Origin: Ruditapes philippinarum
Taxonomy: Eukaryota
DNA length: 64,000 nucleotides
Reading direction: 5' to 3'
NCBI RefSeq assembly: GCF_026571515.1
Contig: NW_026852031.1
Location: 434,001 to 498,000 of the forward strand
The notes under the pieces were generated by a model, which did no database searches, was not told where the DNA came from, and worked only from the letters and a program-made list of their open reading frames with translations. Shown here in pieces: positions 13,941 to 28,510 of this stretch. How positions within the stretch are numbered: the stretch's first letter is position 1; each line of letters starts with the position of its first letter. A program made the position numbers and the translations under genes.

Positions 13941-15399
13941 TGTGATGACGTCTTTTAGTTACAACAGACACGATTAATTGTATTCACATTGGACGTAACA
14001 GGAATAAAAGAAAAATTGCCGCAATATTTTTATGTAAACGTAAATGAGTTTTACATTGATTTAACTATTAATTTAAAATACCTCCCTCTAACAATTATTT
14101 AACTATATCAATTTACCAATTAATTTTCTGATCAACATAATCAAACGCTTTTGTTCACTCTATAATATATTTGTTGTTTAAGTATTATTAAGTACAATTA
14201 TTGTTTATCTATCTCTATCTATAGACAAATCTATAATTCTAGTAAAATGTTTACCTAAACTATAAAGTAGAATTTGTCAATACATCCGCTTTATGTGCAA
14301 AATGGTTTGTCAATGAGCTTAAATTTTATCTTAATATAAAATATCTGTAACATGCAATAGTAAACATGTATTTAGATTATGATATACTTTGCGATCGATT
14401 ATCTATGAAAAGAACATAATTCATTTAAATTTTCTCATTTCTAATATTGCAATGCTAAACAAAAACAGCGAAACTGTGAAGCAAACTCAGTTGATTTTTA
14501 TTTCGCATGAAAAGTTTCACACATTCTTTTGATAGTCTTTAAAAAAACCCTGCAAAGCATGTACATCTGCAAAGCATGGAGTATAAATTAGAATTATATC
14601 CTGGTAGATATTGAAATGAAAATGTGACCGACATCCATACGGTATATATTGAAATTATATCCTCGTATACATTGAAATGACAATGTGATTGAAATACACA
14701 CGGCACACTTTAAGCCCTCGTATCCATTGAAATAAGAATGGTAGGCCTATATACAATGGTCGAGTCTTGATGACTTGAATAGACTTGATGGACTAGGCTG
14801 AAAAAATTAGATACTGCGATTCGCATAATATTGAAGATGAACTTTTTTAGTACTTAAGAAATTAAGGAAATCCTGAAAACTTTTCAAGGTTAACTCATTC
14901 TTACTGCAGACTCGTCATACATTTTTAAGGAATTAAGATAAAAACATATCTATTCTTGACAAAATTAAGAAAATTGCAACAGATATGGAGGTAGAAATAA
15001 AATAAAAAAGAAATAAATAGAATGTATCATAGAATTGATTCTGTGTTGAGAAGTGTTAAAGTAAATTAGCTCCTCGATATCTCGCTAATGGGCCGATTGC
15101 GTACAGGTGCTGGGTTGCTATTTAAGTTAAATGTGGATCGAAGACGCAACTATACTTAGTTGACAAACATAGTTGGGCATTATCGCTTGTCCATTCCTAT
15201 ACGACATTTGTATAGTTTAACTTGGTAACCGTTATTAACTTTCTATGTGACATCTTTGGTGATATTAGGTATTACAGCTCGTTTTTTACATCGTTTTCTT
15301 TTATTGATAATATGGGGCTTATAAAATGATTTACGTAGAATAAAAAATTGTTTAATTTTACTTCTGGAGCGACTGGGGAGTTATTGTAACGTTACGGTG

Positions 15400-15551
15400 A
15401 TGGGGTGTGTCGTATCAAACTTGGGTTCATCACATTCTGACGATAAGGAACTCCCACATTTTGTTTCACCGGAGGATGTACGACTCGTGCAGGAAAGCTG
15501 GTTACTCGTGCAGCAAGACATGGATAACATCAGTCTTATCATATTAAAACG
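15400..15551 (+). CDS. Globin (globin X-like/neuroglobin-like, N-acylated), exon 1; model join(15400..15551,17008..17204,19261..19310,20575..20721), 181 aa
   Basis: MGCVVSNLGSSHSDDKELPHFVSPEDVRLVQESWLLVQQDMDNISLIILKR: A-helix 'VQESW' and MGCxxS acylation motif. Phase-2 GT donor at the canonical globin B12.2 position. Confidence 0.9.
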
Positions 15552-17007
15552 GTAATGAAATTTTATATAAATTGTTAAAAAATAATTGAGGAATCGCTAG
15601 ATATACATAATTCATTTTTTTCTCTGTCTGCGTATTTATGAAATTTAATAATTGAAACAATCCGAGTTTTTTAACAAGAAAGTGTAGCAAGAAAAGTTCG
15701 AGGAAAAGTTGTTAAAGTATAAGAAGCATCAGTTGTACTTCCATCATTTTAAAATGACGTAAACTTGTTTAGAATGGTCTCTTTTTATCTGTTTTTAAAG
15801 AAATAAAGTAGATTTTTACGCGTTTTTCCCCCTCAAATTAAAAAAAAACCGATAAATAGATATGGTAATGGGTATTTTTTATTAATTCATTTCAAAACTA
15901 AAATTCACACCGTTAAAGATGGAAATTGATACAATTATAACCCGAGCGCACCAGTTCAAACTGGTATAAGATAGCTTACAAATATAAAAATATAGGAACC
16001 GCAAACTTTGAAAACTATATGTTATTTAATTGTAGAAGACAAATTCAATGGTATATTTTTGTCCTTTTGATAACGTTTGGTATTTAGGAAACTTCATAAT
16101 ATGAATCTTTTCTTTATTAGAACAGCGTGACCTTTTTAATTATCAGCACTCACTTTTCTTAACAAGTTATGAACATTTACGTACCATTTTATTGATTAAG
16201 TCAGCTTCATATATAAAGTTTGTAATTATTGAGACACAATGATAGGCAATTCCATGAAAATGGGTGAACAAACAAATATTTCTTTACAGATATAAAACAC
16301 CACAGACGGTGACATAACAACAAAGAATAACTTGTCTAACTATGTCGACAGAATAAATTGTAATATTTATTTAAAGGTCCATTAGACCTCAGTAATGCTT
16401 AAATATTTATTTCTCAAAAGTTTTTTTAATTTTGGTATCTTTTTTTAGTATCCAAAAAGAAACTGATTGACCATTTACCAGAACCATCTTTTTCATCTGT
16501 TATTTTTTTTTGTCAATAAGTACAGTTATAGTGAATTAGTATTTTGTATGAAAGTCAAAATACTACTTTGTTTACATTTTGCTACTTTATGATAAATTAT
16601 TTCACATTTATCGCTGCTTTCTTCAGGTAACAAGCATTTAATAACATTTTCTTCGAACATAATTTAAACATTATAAAATTAATCTTTGCCCTTTCTATAC
16701 AAGAAAAAAAGATGTTTTGAGGCATAATGTACCTTCATGAATAGCACAGGGATGATTTTAAAATTAGCTTAAGAAACTTTTTATACAAATAAATTGTGTT
16801 TTTACGGTTGTTTGTTTTCCTTCATTTTTTTAAAGAAAAACATACGTTATATATTTTAAGTGTGCTTGTCATAAACACATAGTTATATAAATTGACAAGA
16901 TTTCTGAGACAATGATGCATTTAATGTGAGTTCTCTTCTATTTTGGTTTTAGGGATTTCTAGATAAATATGAATTAAATGTACCGTTTTTGTTTTATTAT
17001 GTTGTAG

Positions 17008-17204
17008 GTTTTTCGAGACGAACACAGATTTAAAACGGTTGTTTTATACAAAATTACGTGGCGACGATATGGATATGGATAACATTGAAGAGAAAGAATT
17101 TGACGAGGAGAAACTCCGTATGCATGGTCGTATTGTGATGGAAGCTCTAGGGGCAGCAGTTGAATGTCTGAACGACAGTGAACACCTTACAGTATTACTT
17201 ATAG
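17008..17204 (+). CDS. Globin exon 2
   Basis: TTGTAG acceptor. FFETNTDLKRLF (CD1 Phe)...KLRMHGRIVMEALGAAVECL (distal His E7). Phase-1 donor G|GTAAAT. Confidence 0.92.
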
Positions 17205-17667
17205 GTAAATGTGAAACTTTTTAAGGCAAGTCTGTAGCTTCTGATACGTCTTAAAAATAAACTATCTCAAAGTATTACTTATAGTTATAGGTGAATATTT
17301 AACTTTTAATACGTCTTATAAATCATCAAACATCTCGCAGAATTACTTCAAGGTAAACGTGTCACAGTATTACTTTTAAGTAACATTTAAATTTTAGCAT
17401 ATAAATCATAAATAAATTAACTAAAAAATAATAAAACTAATAAATAAAACTAATAAATTAATTTTAACTACTATTTTCCGTTTTACTAAATTGCATGAAC
17501 TCCTTATGTGGTTCGTATTAATTTAAAGAACATATTTTTGTCATACGTTGAATTTTAACATAACAAAACAATAGCACTACAACGTTATTGATTTTCTAGA
17601 AAGTTTGTAGTTTTAATCTTTTATGTTTATCAGTATAGTTGTAAGGAATTATTTATTTTATGCTTTT

Positions 17668-18792
17668 CAGTGGATTACTGATTTATCCGTGAAAATTATA
17701 TTTGATAATTTCACTGTGAAAATTATCAAAATATAATTTCACTTTTTTCAATGACGAAACTACTTTTTTAAGATTTTCCCCATGTGGTACCTCAATTTTA
17801 TTTTTACTGACAATTCTGACAATGTCAGGCTGTTAAAAGAAATAGCAAAGCTGAAATAGATAAATAACTTAAATGTCAAAAGTAATAAAGAGAGAAAACT
17901 TACTTCTATTCCTTAAATAAATTTTGTCTCTAAATTTTTTTTGTTTCGTTTTTACAGTCTGAAAAATACATTCCTTCCCCATGCAAAACTGCTCTTGATG
18001 ACATTTGGGCATATTAAAGTATCCTACGAGCAATAACTGCCGTATGCTTTATGAAAAATTGAAAAGCATTGACAGCCATCACTCGTAAAATAAGTAAAAC
18101 AACCCAGCGTTCCTTAGCAAGCTTCCAAGTTTTCCATTTTTCTAGCTCCTTTTCTGAATGTTTTCACTTCTGTCAACACTTATTTTTTGTCTGTTACAAT
18201 CCTCAAATAAGTTTTCTTTCTTTTAAAAAGGTGTATGACTAACAAATCCAAATTATATCCTTCTGAATCTTACACAATTATTTTCCTCCCATGAAATACA
18301 CAACTTTAAAAAATGGCTGCCGCTTACATTTTACAAAGCCAGGTCTAATATAAATTCGCAGTAAGTAACAGAAATATGGATGGATGGTTGGACTTTTTCT
18401 CCTACAAGAATTGTTTGTTTTTATTATTAAAGCAAGCGATCATTCATATTTTTTTAATAAAATGAATAAATATCACCGTCATTTAACCTTGATTGGCGGA
18501 CTTATTTTTCAGCTCAAAACTTCTTGTTTTAAATGAGAAATTCCGTCTAAATGGGGGAAACAGATTTTAATATTAATGTTAAGATTATGGAAATTTCGTT
18601 TTAACTTGTTTTTAAGCATAAATAAAAAGAAAATTTGTCTGTTTGTTGTGTAAGATGTAATTTTATTTCATCTCGTGAACTTTAAAAACAGTATTCTCAC
18701 TCGTGGCTACGCCACTCATGAGAATACTGTTTTTAAAGCCCACTCGATGAAATAAAATTTCATCTTACACACAAACAAACAAATATCCTCTA
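17668..18792. mobile_element. Non-autonomous DNA transposon with terminal fold-back palindrome, in globin intron 2
   Basis: Long imperfect palindrome at 18632-18785 centred on GTGGCTACGCCAC and ending ATCCTCTA. The left end carries GTGAAAATTAT...ATAATTTCAC repeats. Left boundary approximate. Confidence 0.5.
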
Positions 18793-19260
18793 TGTAATAT
18801 GGCTAATTTGTTCTCATTTACAAATTGTCAAATTACTGATATGTTATCACGTTAATATGTCGCAGACATTTTCTTCAACAGACCGAGTTCCGCTACCATT
18901 AACATCATACTGATGTTACAACAGATAATGTGTAAACTGATAGTCTCTGGTCATATCTTCTTGCTAGAATAATCTACAAAATTTACATAAATGTATTGTA
19001 ATATTTAGTTAGAACTTACTTCATGACATTGTTTGCACATCACTTTATAACACGAATAAAACAAATATTTTTGAATTGTTCTTGCTTGTATACCTGTACA
19101 AACTAGTGTATACTCAGAAAGAGCTGAAGCCGAATGTTCCTTTGATTAAGATTTTTCTTATTTAGACTTGTTTACGTTGTATATTTATAATTTTTAATAA
19201 ATAAGTAAAGTAAATTAACGAAACTTTGCTCTGTAGTTTATCTTATATTTCTGTTTGAAG

Positions 19261-19310
19261 GTATTGGTGAAAGGCACGTGATGTATGGGGTGAAAGCAGA
19301 TATGGTTCCA
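19261..19310 (+). CDS. Globin exon 3
   Basis: TTTGAAG acceptor. GIGERHVMYGVKADMVP with proximal His F8. Phase-0 donor GTAAGT at the canonical G7.0 position. Confidence 0.9.
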
Positions 19311-20574
19311 GTAAGTTAGCCTAGTTTAGATAACGATCTTAATTTAACTTTTAACAATTAAAGTTAAATATCTTAATTTCTAGTCTTTTACATGGTCTGG
19401 ACAAATATATTTTGGGGTACATATTTCATGGTAAAATAATCTCGTTCATCCGCTATGTATATCCATCTTTTGAATTGTGCATTTTGGGCTTTGCAATACA
19501 CGTATCATGAATGATGTAGAATGTACAAGCTCTATCCTACTACATGGCATAGGTCTTCCATTACGGTCACAAGATGTTATTTCTGTTTGGTTTCAATTGA
19601 CTTCTCTAATTTCTCTGATTTTTTAATGTAAAAGGCACTTACAATTGCACTTTTCTAGTGACTGTTCATTTGATGATGAATGTTAGTATTGACAATTTAA
19701 AAAGATCAGAAGATATTACTACTGAAGTTCAATACAGGCTTGGTCATTTAATCAATATGATTTTTCTAATTCGTTTCATGTTTCTAGATGTTTTTAGATA
19801 AAAACAAAGCAAAGATTCATTAGAGTATGGTATTTTATTCCATGATTGGGTTCGATGAGTATACTTGGTTTTATTGGAACTTGTTTCTTTCCAACAATAT
19901 TTGTTCTAAATTGTCACTTCTACCTTATCATTAACCCACCTTACAATCCTAATTGTCGTCTGCTATACGCTGATATACATCATTATCATGCATTAATAAA
20001 TAGAATGACAACAACTAATGACCCTGGTACTATCAGATTGCGAAACTGGAGACAAAAATCCCAGATATCCTAAGATATTTCTAATTTCAAGTATTACATT
20101 GCCATACTTTCAAAGTGTTTTCCTGCACAATTATACATGTATTATATGTTTAATAATTTCAGTTTACATCCCCGAGAAAACATGTACATTAATTTGAGGT
20201 TAATACTTGGTTGTTGCTCGCCATCGTGCGATATTGGCCCGAAGATGTGCATAATGGCCTGAGGGCCTATATATTTTTTGTGAGAATAACATTTAGTGTC
20301 AGTTTTTTATGAACTTTTGTTCCTTCAAGAACGGTTTCTGAGGTTGATGTCATCGGTCCGATCTTTTTTCTACCGTCAAACTGAAATCATTAGCAAGGCG
20401 GCCGAAATTGCATAATGACATAGACCTTTCCATAATGGCATTAAAATACCTTATATTTTGTTGCTATATATAGTAACATAGGTATAAATGTATAATAATA
20501 AGGCTATTATTTTTCAAATTAGCTAGCAACTATTATTTTTTTTTGTTAAAACTACACGTTTTGTATCATTTCAG

Positions 20575-20721
20575 CGTCTGTGGCCAGCCATTGTTACAAC
20601 ATTAGAGGAGCAATTAGGGGAAAACTTCGACAATAAAGTAGGATTGGCGTGGGAGAGGGTTTTCCAGTACATAGGGGGAAAGGTTATAGAGGGCATTAAG
20701 AGGTGGAAGAAGAAAAAGTAG
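20575..20721 (+). CDS. Globin exon 4 (G and H helices, stop)
   Basis: TTTCAG acceptor. RLWPAIVTTLEEQLGENFDNKVGLAWERVFQYIGGKVIEGIKRWKKKK*, with the H-helix 'AW'. Frame is consistent across all four exons (546 nt). Confidence 0.9.
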   Translation, partial: RLWPAIVTTLEEQLGENFDNKVGLAWERVFQYIGGKVIEGIKRWKKKK

Positions 20722-22886
20722 TTCCGCGTGAAGATACAAGACAAAACACTCAAGCTCAATATTCACAGTCAATATGACTTTTCAAAATCACAGAACTTTG
20801 TTTTTCTATTCAAGTGTAAAAGTGCTCTAAGATGAATTGAAGTTAATTATGTTGTGATTTTCAGTACTCTTATCATTTGATTTTTTTTATTTTTACCGGT
20901 TTACGTAATGTACATTTTTACTTGAAAACTTCCTATATGATTACAGTTTTTTTTTTGATACAGTTTCATCATGTAAATATATATATGTAAATTCAAATAA
21001 TGTAATATACTTATATGTATGTATCTGGCACGAATTAAATTTGCTAGGCCAGGGTCGCAAGAAACGTCAAGTATATGAATGAACATTTAGGTCGAATACA
21101 TGTTAATCTTTAAACCGCAATTAATAAATGAATAACGCTATAACTGATTGCACTCGTATGCAACATGGAATGTATCCCCGTCTTATTTGTACATGCAATA
21201 CAAGCAGCACATGTATCAGAGCATATTACATATATTAATGTTTTACGTACAGGTACAACTGTGAAAGGTCAAACTGATAATATATTCCGGATCATATATA
21301 TTAACAACATGATTTACTAATTACATGCTAAAATATCGTTCCAAGATGGTCGTAACAATTTAACCCTACGGCTGAGAATTGTCCTTGAATATTTCATAAG
21401 TTTAAATTTACTTTAGTAAAGACAACACTGATACAGACTACAGTCATATACTAGTATTGAATAAATCTCAAATTTATACAAGCTAGAATTATTTATGATT
21501 AGAATGTAATGATTATTCAAGATATTGTTCAAGAACTTGATTTAATGAGTAATTCTTATCAGAAAATGTAGCTTTGATTAAAGTAATCTTATTACAAGAT
21601 TTAAATGTTGATAAAGTATGACCATTGGGTAAATGATAACTTTTAAATAATTAATTGAATATAACATCTCTGCAACATCATTAAATATGTTGGCGTTCTG
21701 CTTGTCGTCGCCGTCCAAATTGAAAAATGACGTGATGTTTCTGTTGCAAATTTTAAAGTTGAATTAAAAAGAGTAGTGATGGTACGGTACATGTTTAGTA
21801 ATTTCAGAGAGATGAAATAATTAAGAATATATAGGAACGTCAATGTCGTAAGCTAAAGTTATGATCCAGTGTCGTTTTTTATGTGTGCAAAAAATATTTT
21901 AAAAACTATATTGATTATTACCTACTTCGTTAATGAAATTCAGGAAGTTTTGTTGCCAATAATGGTAATTTAACAGCAAATTAATGTTTTTATGTTAAAG
22001 AAGAACATTTGATGAAAATATGGACGGAGATGTTGTCATGATACAATTGGTATAGATGTACTACCATCAAAACAATAAGCTATATAAAGGTTGTTTACCA
22101 TTTCTCTCCTATTCTTTTCTGGCATTCTAGGCTAACATAATATTCTATGGCCGACCTATTTCAAGCAATGTAATCTATGTCCTGTGCCACGACACATTAA
22201 AGCATGGAATCAAAGAAAACCAAATCATTAATAAAGGTTAATAACAGTTACAATCATGTTATATAAAATGTCCAATCTCGCGCCTTTTTATTTTGTGTGT
22301 TTAATGGCAAAGCAATATAAAATTAGCTTTAGGAAACAACAATAAAAGTAAACCAAGATTAACTTGTCTTTAAGTACAATTTATAAATTTAACTTGTATA
22401 GTAAAGATGATTGTTGTTTTTCTCCCACGTCACCATTGATAGGTATTAAGGTTGTCTCATAAGGATACAATGATGGCGTCAAAGCCATATTAAGATATAT
22501 TACAATACAGAAACACAACAAGTTTTAACCGATAATTACGCTTTTATTATGATATGTTTCGAATAATTTACTTTTTATTTACGCTTGATGAAATGTTTAT
22601 CATATGCGGACTACCTAAATCGACACTGTGTTTATCGATAAGATACATAGTAAAATGTTTAATGACTTTCTTTTAGGTGTTGTTGTTTTAAATAAAGTGT
22701 CTGTGAATAATGAAATAAAATGTTGTTTAATTTTGATTTATAGGAACAATTTGTAATAGATTGAATGTAGTCAATACATTGAATATGTTTGGCAGGTTGG
22801 TGATGGATATATCAAACCTGTATGGGTTTGAGGGTACATTTTGCTTTATCAATATAGGGTTATTATACATTGTTGAGAGCAATGGT

Positions 22887-23140
22887 GGCTCGATAGCTCA
22901 GTTGGTTAGACCACTGATTATCACTCCTGAGGTCCCTGGTTCGATCCTGGGTTATAACCTTGGGATTTTTCAGAGACACTTTCAGTGTTTCCCACCTACC
23001 TAGAGGTGTACTGATAAGAAATCCAGGTAATCCTCGCATGTATCAGTGCTATACACTGGGCATGTAAAAGAACCAAGGGGTCTATTCAATAAAAGCTAGG
23101 GACTAGTTCCCGGATTCCATTGTATCTCATAGCTGTCTCT
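22887..23140 (+). mobile_element. tRNA-derived SINE (Meta/MESC-type core likely)
   Basis: A-box TAGCTCAGTTGG (22894-22905), B-box GGTTCGATCC (22938-22947), followed by a non-tRNA body with GCATGTAAAAGAACC. Confidence 0.7.
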
Positions 23141-25559
23141 AAAAAATGTATACACTGTATACCTGATTAGAGTGATCGTAAACGATTTTAAAGCAGTATG
23201 ATGTAGAACTAGAACTAGAACAATTCTGAATTTCAGTTCTATTGGACGAGTACACAGTTGTCAAACCTATATTGGACCGCTGGCCGAGTCTGATATAGGT
23301 TCTTCAGGTGTGTATGAGTCTAGTAGAATCAGTATTGTTTTCAACGACGTATAAATAATTACATTGTATTTATTTCAATCTATCAACTTTTACCATTTTG
23401 ACAGAACCTTGAAAATTCTATGCAATATAGATATGATATGGAATTTTTGAAAATGAAAACGAGGCTTCACTGAATACAGTATTGATTTGATATGAATGCT
23501 TTGGATTCGGAAAAATGAAATCTTTTGTACTCGGGATATGAAAACGAGACTAAAGTCCAATAATGATTCATATTGGAACACCGTGTGGGGCAAAAGTGAG
23601 ATGTTTGTTGGTTACTTTTGATAAGGTGTGACATAATTGTTATGTCAGTTATGAACGATATTGATTTATCCTAATAATATTTACACGAATTAAGCCCATT
23701 CTCTTTCCGGTCTCTGGTTGGAGATTGATTTTACTTGTATTATTTTCACTATGTGTGGGGATAATGTAAACTAAATTATTTTCACTATACTATATGGGGA
23801 ATTATTCAATTGTATTTATTTCACTATATGAAGGGGTGGTATTACACTTGCACAAGTTTTATTAAATTCAACTATAATCACTATATAAGGATATGATTTC
23901 TATTTCACTACATTTAATCTATGAGAGGAATATTTCCAAACTTTCCGAACTGTTGAAAGCAGCGTTTTCCAGACGCTTTGTCGAGGGACTACAAACTGCC
24001 GAACTGACGGGGAAATTAAGTATAAGGGTTTTCATGTCTTATATCAAATGATACTTTTTGACAAAATTGATTTTGTAAAACGCACTTTGGTATAATACAT
24101 ACTTTGGTGTAATATAAACTTTCAGCGTTACGTCGCGTTCTGTGACCTGCGCCGCTATAAGGTACCGTGGTTATTTAAGACGGACTGAAACAGGAATGGA
24201 CGGCAATAAATAAATAATATTTGACTACAAAATAAGTGGAACATTGTACTTTAAGCAGGTAAAACAGGTATAAACTTAATGAAGAAAACATGGAATAAAC
24301 AAATTCCGGGTAATTCTGGATCATCCCTGGAATTGCAACAGTAACACTTTATGAGGGAATAATTTGATTTCTTTGATACTAATTTCACTACAACAAGAAA
24401 CTAAGATAGTTACTTTCACTATACATTTATCAGAGAATTATTTGATTTTTGTATGACTTCTACTAAATGAAGCAAAGATGTTCAATTAGCATCACTGTCA
24501 CTATATGAGAGAATTATTGATTTGCGCCAGTTTCACTTAAAACAAAGTAATGATATTTAACTAACTTATGAGGAGAATATTTAACTTGCATTACTTGGCT
24601 ACTTTTGGAATGGTTGAATGTGTTATTTTAACTCCGCTAAACTTTATTATATGAATTAATATAAGACAACAAAGTTAATCACTTGATTATTATAGAAGAA
24701 GAATTTGTGTCAAGGTGAGGGACTGACAATGTGACACTAATGTTAACATCTGTTTTAACCTGGCGGAAGATTCACTTCATTATTTCTATTGTTATTGTAC
24801 ATGTATACTGTTTCCATCGTAAAACTGTTGACGTGGAAATGTAACATTTTCGTTTGAATATGTGGGGGACAAAATATTTTTGACTTGTACATTTTAAGAC
24901 CATCGTCTTTCAGTCTTATGCGCGGCTTGAATAACCTCATTTGAGAAAAGTTGTATAAACATGTTATTACTGACAGAAATGTATCGAAATTTTAGTAATG
25001 AATAAAGAAATACCGAACAATTCATGAAAGGACTTAAATAGTTCAGACCAAGTCTTGTGTGTTACAACGTTTGCGTGAGAGAATGGCGGCGTGGCCGGGT
25101 GGTTAACGAGTGTTGGCCAGTATGTCATGCAATTTGAAGTATATTTTCGAATTTAGCTCGCATGTCTTGTATTTAAGTAAACCATGCTATGCTTCACAGC
25201 ATCTACTTCAAAAGATGCCAAAAATCATGTGTGAAGTTAACCTATTTCATGTAAAATATGACTGGAAAACGTTGAGTTAAAAGTGCTGAAATACGGTCTT
25301 ACATAAAAAGCTCAAGCAAAACTAGGAAAATCTGCCATTTATAAATGTTTATAACGATATATTTGTAATATGTATGGCAACAATGAAGTATCTTATACAA
25401 ACTTTTTAAGGAGGATTTTACCGACAAAAACATTTTGCTAAGTGCTAACATCACGTCTGAATATTTGTATTTCTGTATAAGAAGATTATATCGAAGGGTC
25501 GGAAAAATTATTTTTTGGTCTTTTGTTCAATTCATTGACCATATAGCATTTAAAAAACT

Positions 25560-25705
25560 GACCCAGTGTCGTAATCTAAGGCTTGATAGCCGTCCTGGTT
25601 CATACCCAATCAGGGGCAAGCCGTTATCTCCTTAAGCCAGAAACTTTACAGTCACTACTTGTTGGTTCCAGGAACAGATTCGAGAGTTTCAATAAGCTTA
25701 TAGCT
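25560..25705 (+). mobile_element. Degenerate tRNA/CORE-type SINE
   Basis: B-box-like GGTTCATACCC then a CORE-like CCTTAAGCCAGAAACTTTAC. The head resembles the tRNA-like piece at 28511. Confidence 0.5.
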
Positions 25706-25759
25706 TCTAACAAAATAAACTAAGTCTTGTATATGTTGGGCTGGCCAATATGAATTGCA

Positions 25760-26590
25760 ATGATTCGCAATATCGTACATGTGGCACGTACAATAGTCCA
25801 ATGTTTGGCAACACATGGTGCATATCTTATTGCTGTACTTTTGAGTTGGTGTAAACATAGGTAAACCAACTTTTAAACGTTTTATTAAAAGAGGTTATGA
25901 CCCTACTATTTTAAGACATACTGCATGCTTAGTGTTACCCTTTTACAGTTGGACACTACGCTTTCCTCTTTTGATTACATCTGACGGACCAAGTGGGAGA
26001 CTCTTATGATGGACAGTTCTTAAAGCCCTTTGGGACTGAATTGCCTTAATATTCGTCTTCTGCATTGCTTCGTCGGGCCCCTGTAGGTAATTTTCTTGTT
26101 ACTCTGTCTTCCTTTAAGATATTGAGTACTTTTGTTATGGTCATTGGGTTTTCTTTTATATGTTTCTACATGATCATTTTAGTGTTTAACTTATTTCACC
26201 TTTGATAACCATAACAGCTGTTAGAATTTCACTTGGCGGGGATTCATTTTATTTACACTGTCTCGTTTATAGGAACATGGTGGGGCTAAGAGTGAGGTTT
26301 GGTTCACCATTAACCGGTTAAACTCCCCAGTAGTACTTGTGCTGCTAACCGCTCCAAAGCGGCGCCCCTGTGTGTTCATTATATGTATGTTTTGTTGTTT
26401 CATACTGTTTTGGTGACACTTTTGTTTGTGTCCCTTATTTACGGTAAGTATCTTCCCCTTTGTCCCTAGTTTTATTTCTTTAATTTTGCCCCCCCCCCCT
26501 TTTCCCCGAATCTTCTATCCCCTTACCCTGTGCCCTTTTACTTAGTGGGCCTATTAATCAATCATTTATTTGTTTTCTTTGATTTTTTTT
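25760..26590 (+). mobile_element. 3' remnant of a Penelope-like (or other non-LTR) retroelement
   Basis: 25875-25934 encodes KRFIKRGYDPTILRHTACLV, resembling the 'RGY' C-terminal region of Penelope-like ORFs. Followed by a pyrimidine-rich 3' region. Recognised from memory, not by search. Confidence 0.5.
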
Positions 26591-27150
26591 CATAACCTCT
26601 GATCCCCTTGCAAAATTCCATTTTATTTGTTCCGCCCATTGTTTCCTCCTTTATGGCACAGGCATTCTTTTACTTGGGGACCATAAGCCGCTTTTCATTG
26701 AATGGCACGAAAGTGTCACATTGAAGGTTCAATGATAACCGCCGTATGAACACATCTGCGAATGTTTCTAAATTCAAAATTTCACCATTACCATGATTAA
26801 ATGTTGAATTCTGCTTAAGCCGGTGCTAGGGGGCGTGGACGGTAACATGCATTTTCCATTACCGTCCATGAACAGGCTCAATCAAACTGAGCCGACAACA
26901 TTTTCAATTTTGTCGTGTTTGACTTCCTTTAGGGATTCTTTATTTTTCTCTATTTGATTTCCTTGTCGGTTTGTATTATTTCTTCTCATATATCATTTTT
27001 GTGATTAGATTGTCCTTGCTCTGCCTTGCGCCCTGTCCTGTTTTTGTTTGGGGTTCTCCTGGGCAACTTGCCACTGGTTCTTGTTCGTGTGGGGTTGCGT
27101 TCATTGAACGCCGCCTTTCCTTGATGTTCTTATTTATCATATTTTAGAAT
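26590..27150 (+). repeat. Family A copy abutting the Penelope-like remnant
   Basis: Same orientation and motifs as 38511-39549. The tail at 27000-27150 matches 7990-8135 reverse-complemented. Confidence 0.75.
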
Positions 27151-28510
27151 CGTGCAAGTCGATACTTTTGCAATTTTAACACTATGGTCTATCTCGACAA
27201 GTGATAAACTAGCGTCATTGCCAATGGTAAACTTGGATTTATGATTTTTTTCTTAGAAACAGCTGGATGTTTTCTGCCGAGCTTGCATGCGTCTTCAATA
27301 GACTTTAAATTGTATTAATTTATGTATTCACTTTGTTACTGTTGCATAAGATACTCCACCAACTCCATAAATACAACATATAATGTACATTATAAAAATG
27401 AACAGTAGAAATTTCAAATTTTGCATGAGCTTTCATGTAAACTGGTTTTTTAGCACTTTTAACACCATATTTTACATTGAGTTGCCCCTGCAGACTAATT
27501 TTAGTTAAACATATTAAAAGACAACATGTATGTATTCTGTACCATTGGAAAGAGTATGCTTTGACACATATTCTTGTACTAAATTTCGTGGATTTTGTGA
27601 GTTAAACATCACATAACAATACATATTGAAAAAATTACAGGTATTGCTCGAGTATAGGATATTTTATGTAATCATAAAGTAGCAGAAAATTAATACTTTA
27701 ATTATTCGCATTAATCATCTGTCTAGAAGAAGTATCAGTTAGATCGGACTAGCACGATGACGTCATAGATGTTCGTACCACGCGCGAGTTCTGGAGATAT
27801 GAGTCTCACATATTATAAAACAATTAAGGGTATTGAAAGGGAACTCCTTTATGTAATCGTTATTTAACTATTTAGATTTATTTTGTTGTTTTTTCTGCTT
27901 TTATCAGTACTGATTCTATACGATATGGTATTGTCGGGTATTTAGAAAAGCCATTATAGTATCATATGTAAACATTTTGTGTTATTTTGTGTTAATCAAT
28001 CAAAAACTTTGTGCATTTGATGCATTTTGTGCAGGCTGTAAAGAAACACCATCCCAGATATAATCTAAAATAGATCGAGAAAACATGCTCGGAAATATGT
28101 TATTTATCTCAATTCAAATAATGATTTGATATAAATAAAGCATAAATATGAGTCCAGAAGGGGTATGTAATTTTATTATGAAAAGTTTTCAAATCATTTG
28201 CACAAAAAATAGCGTAATGTACAAACAAAACAACAACAAAAAACCCCAAAAACAATCAAACCAAAATATAACCAGCGAGTCCGGGGATCCTGATGGTGTA
28301 TTTTGAAATAAGCCTATTGTTTGTGAACCGATTTGTATTTTTTCCCACCAAGTAGTGCACATTTAATTTCCCAACCAGCCGAGATATTTACGAGGGGAAA
28401 TGCGTTGTCTGGTTCAAATCAGCTTAAAGTTCTGAACTTTAGTCAGATTAGGAAATCAATGTTGCAAATTTAACGCAAGTTTCTTCTCTTGTATTAAAGT
28501 GACATAACGT

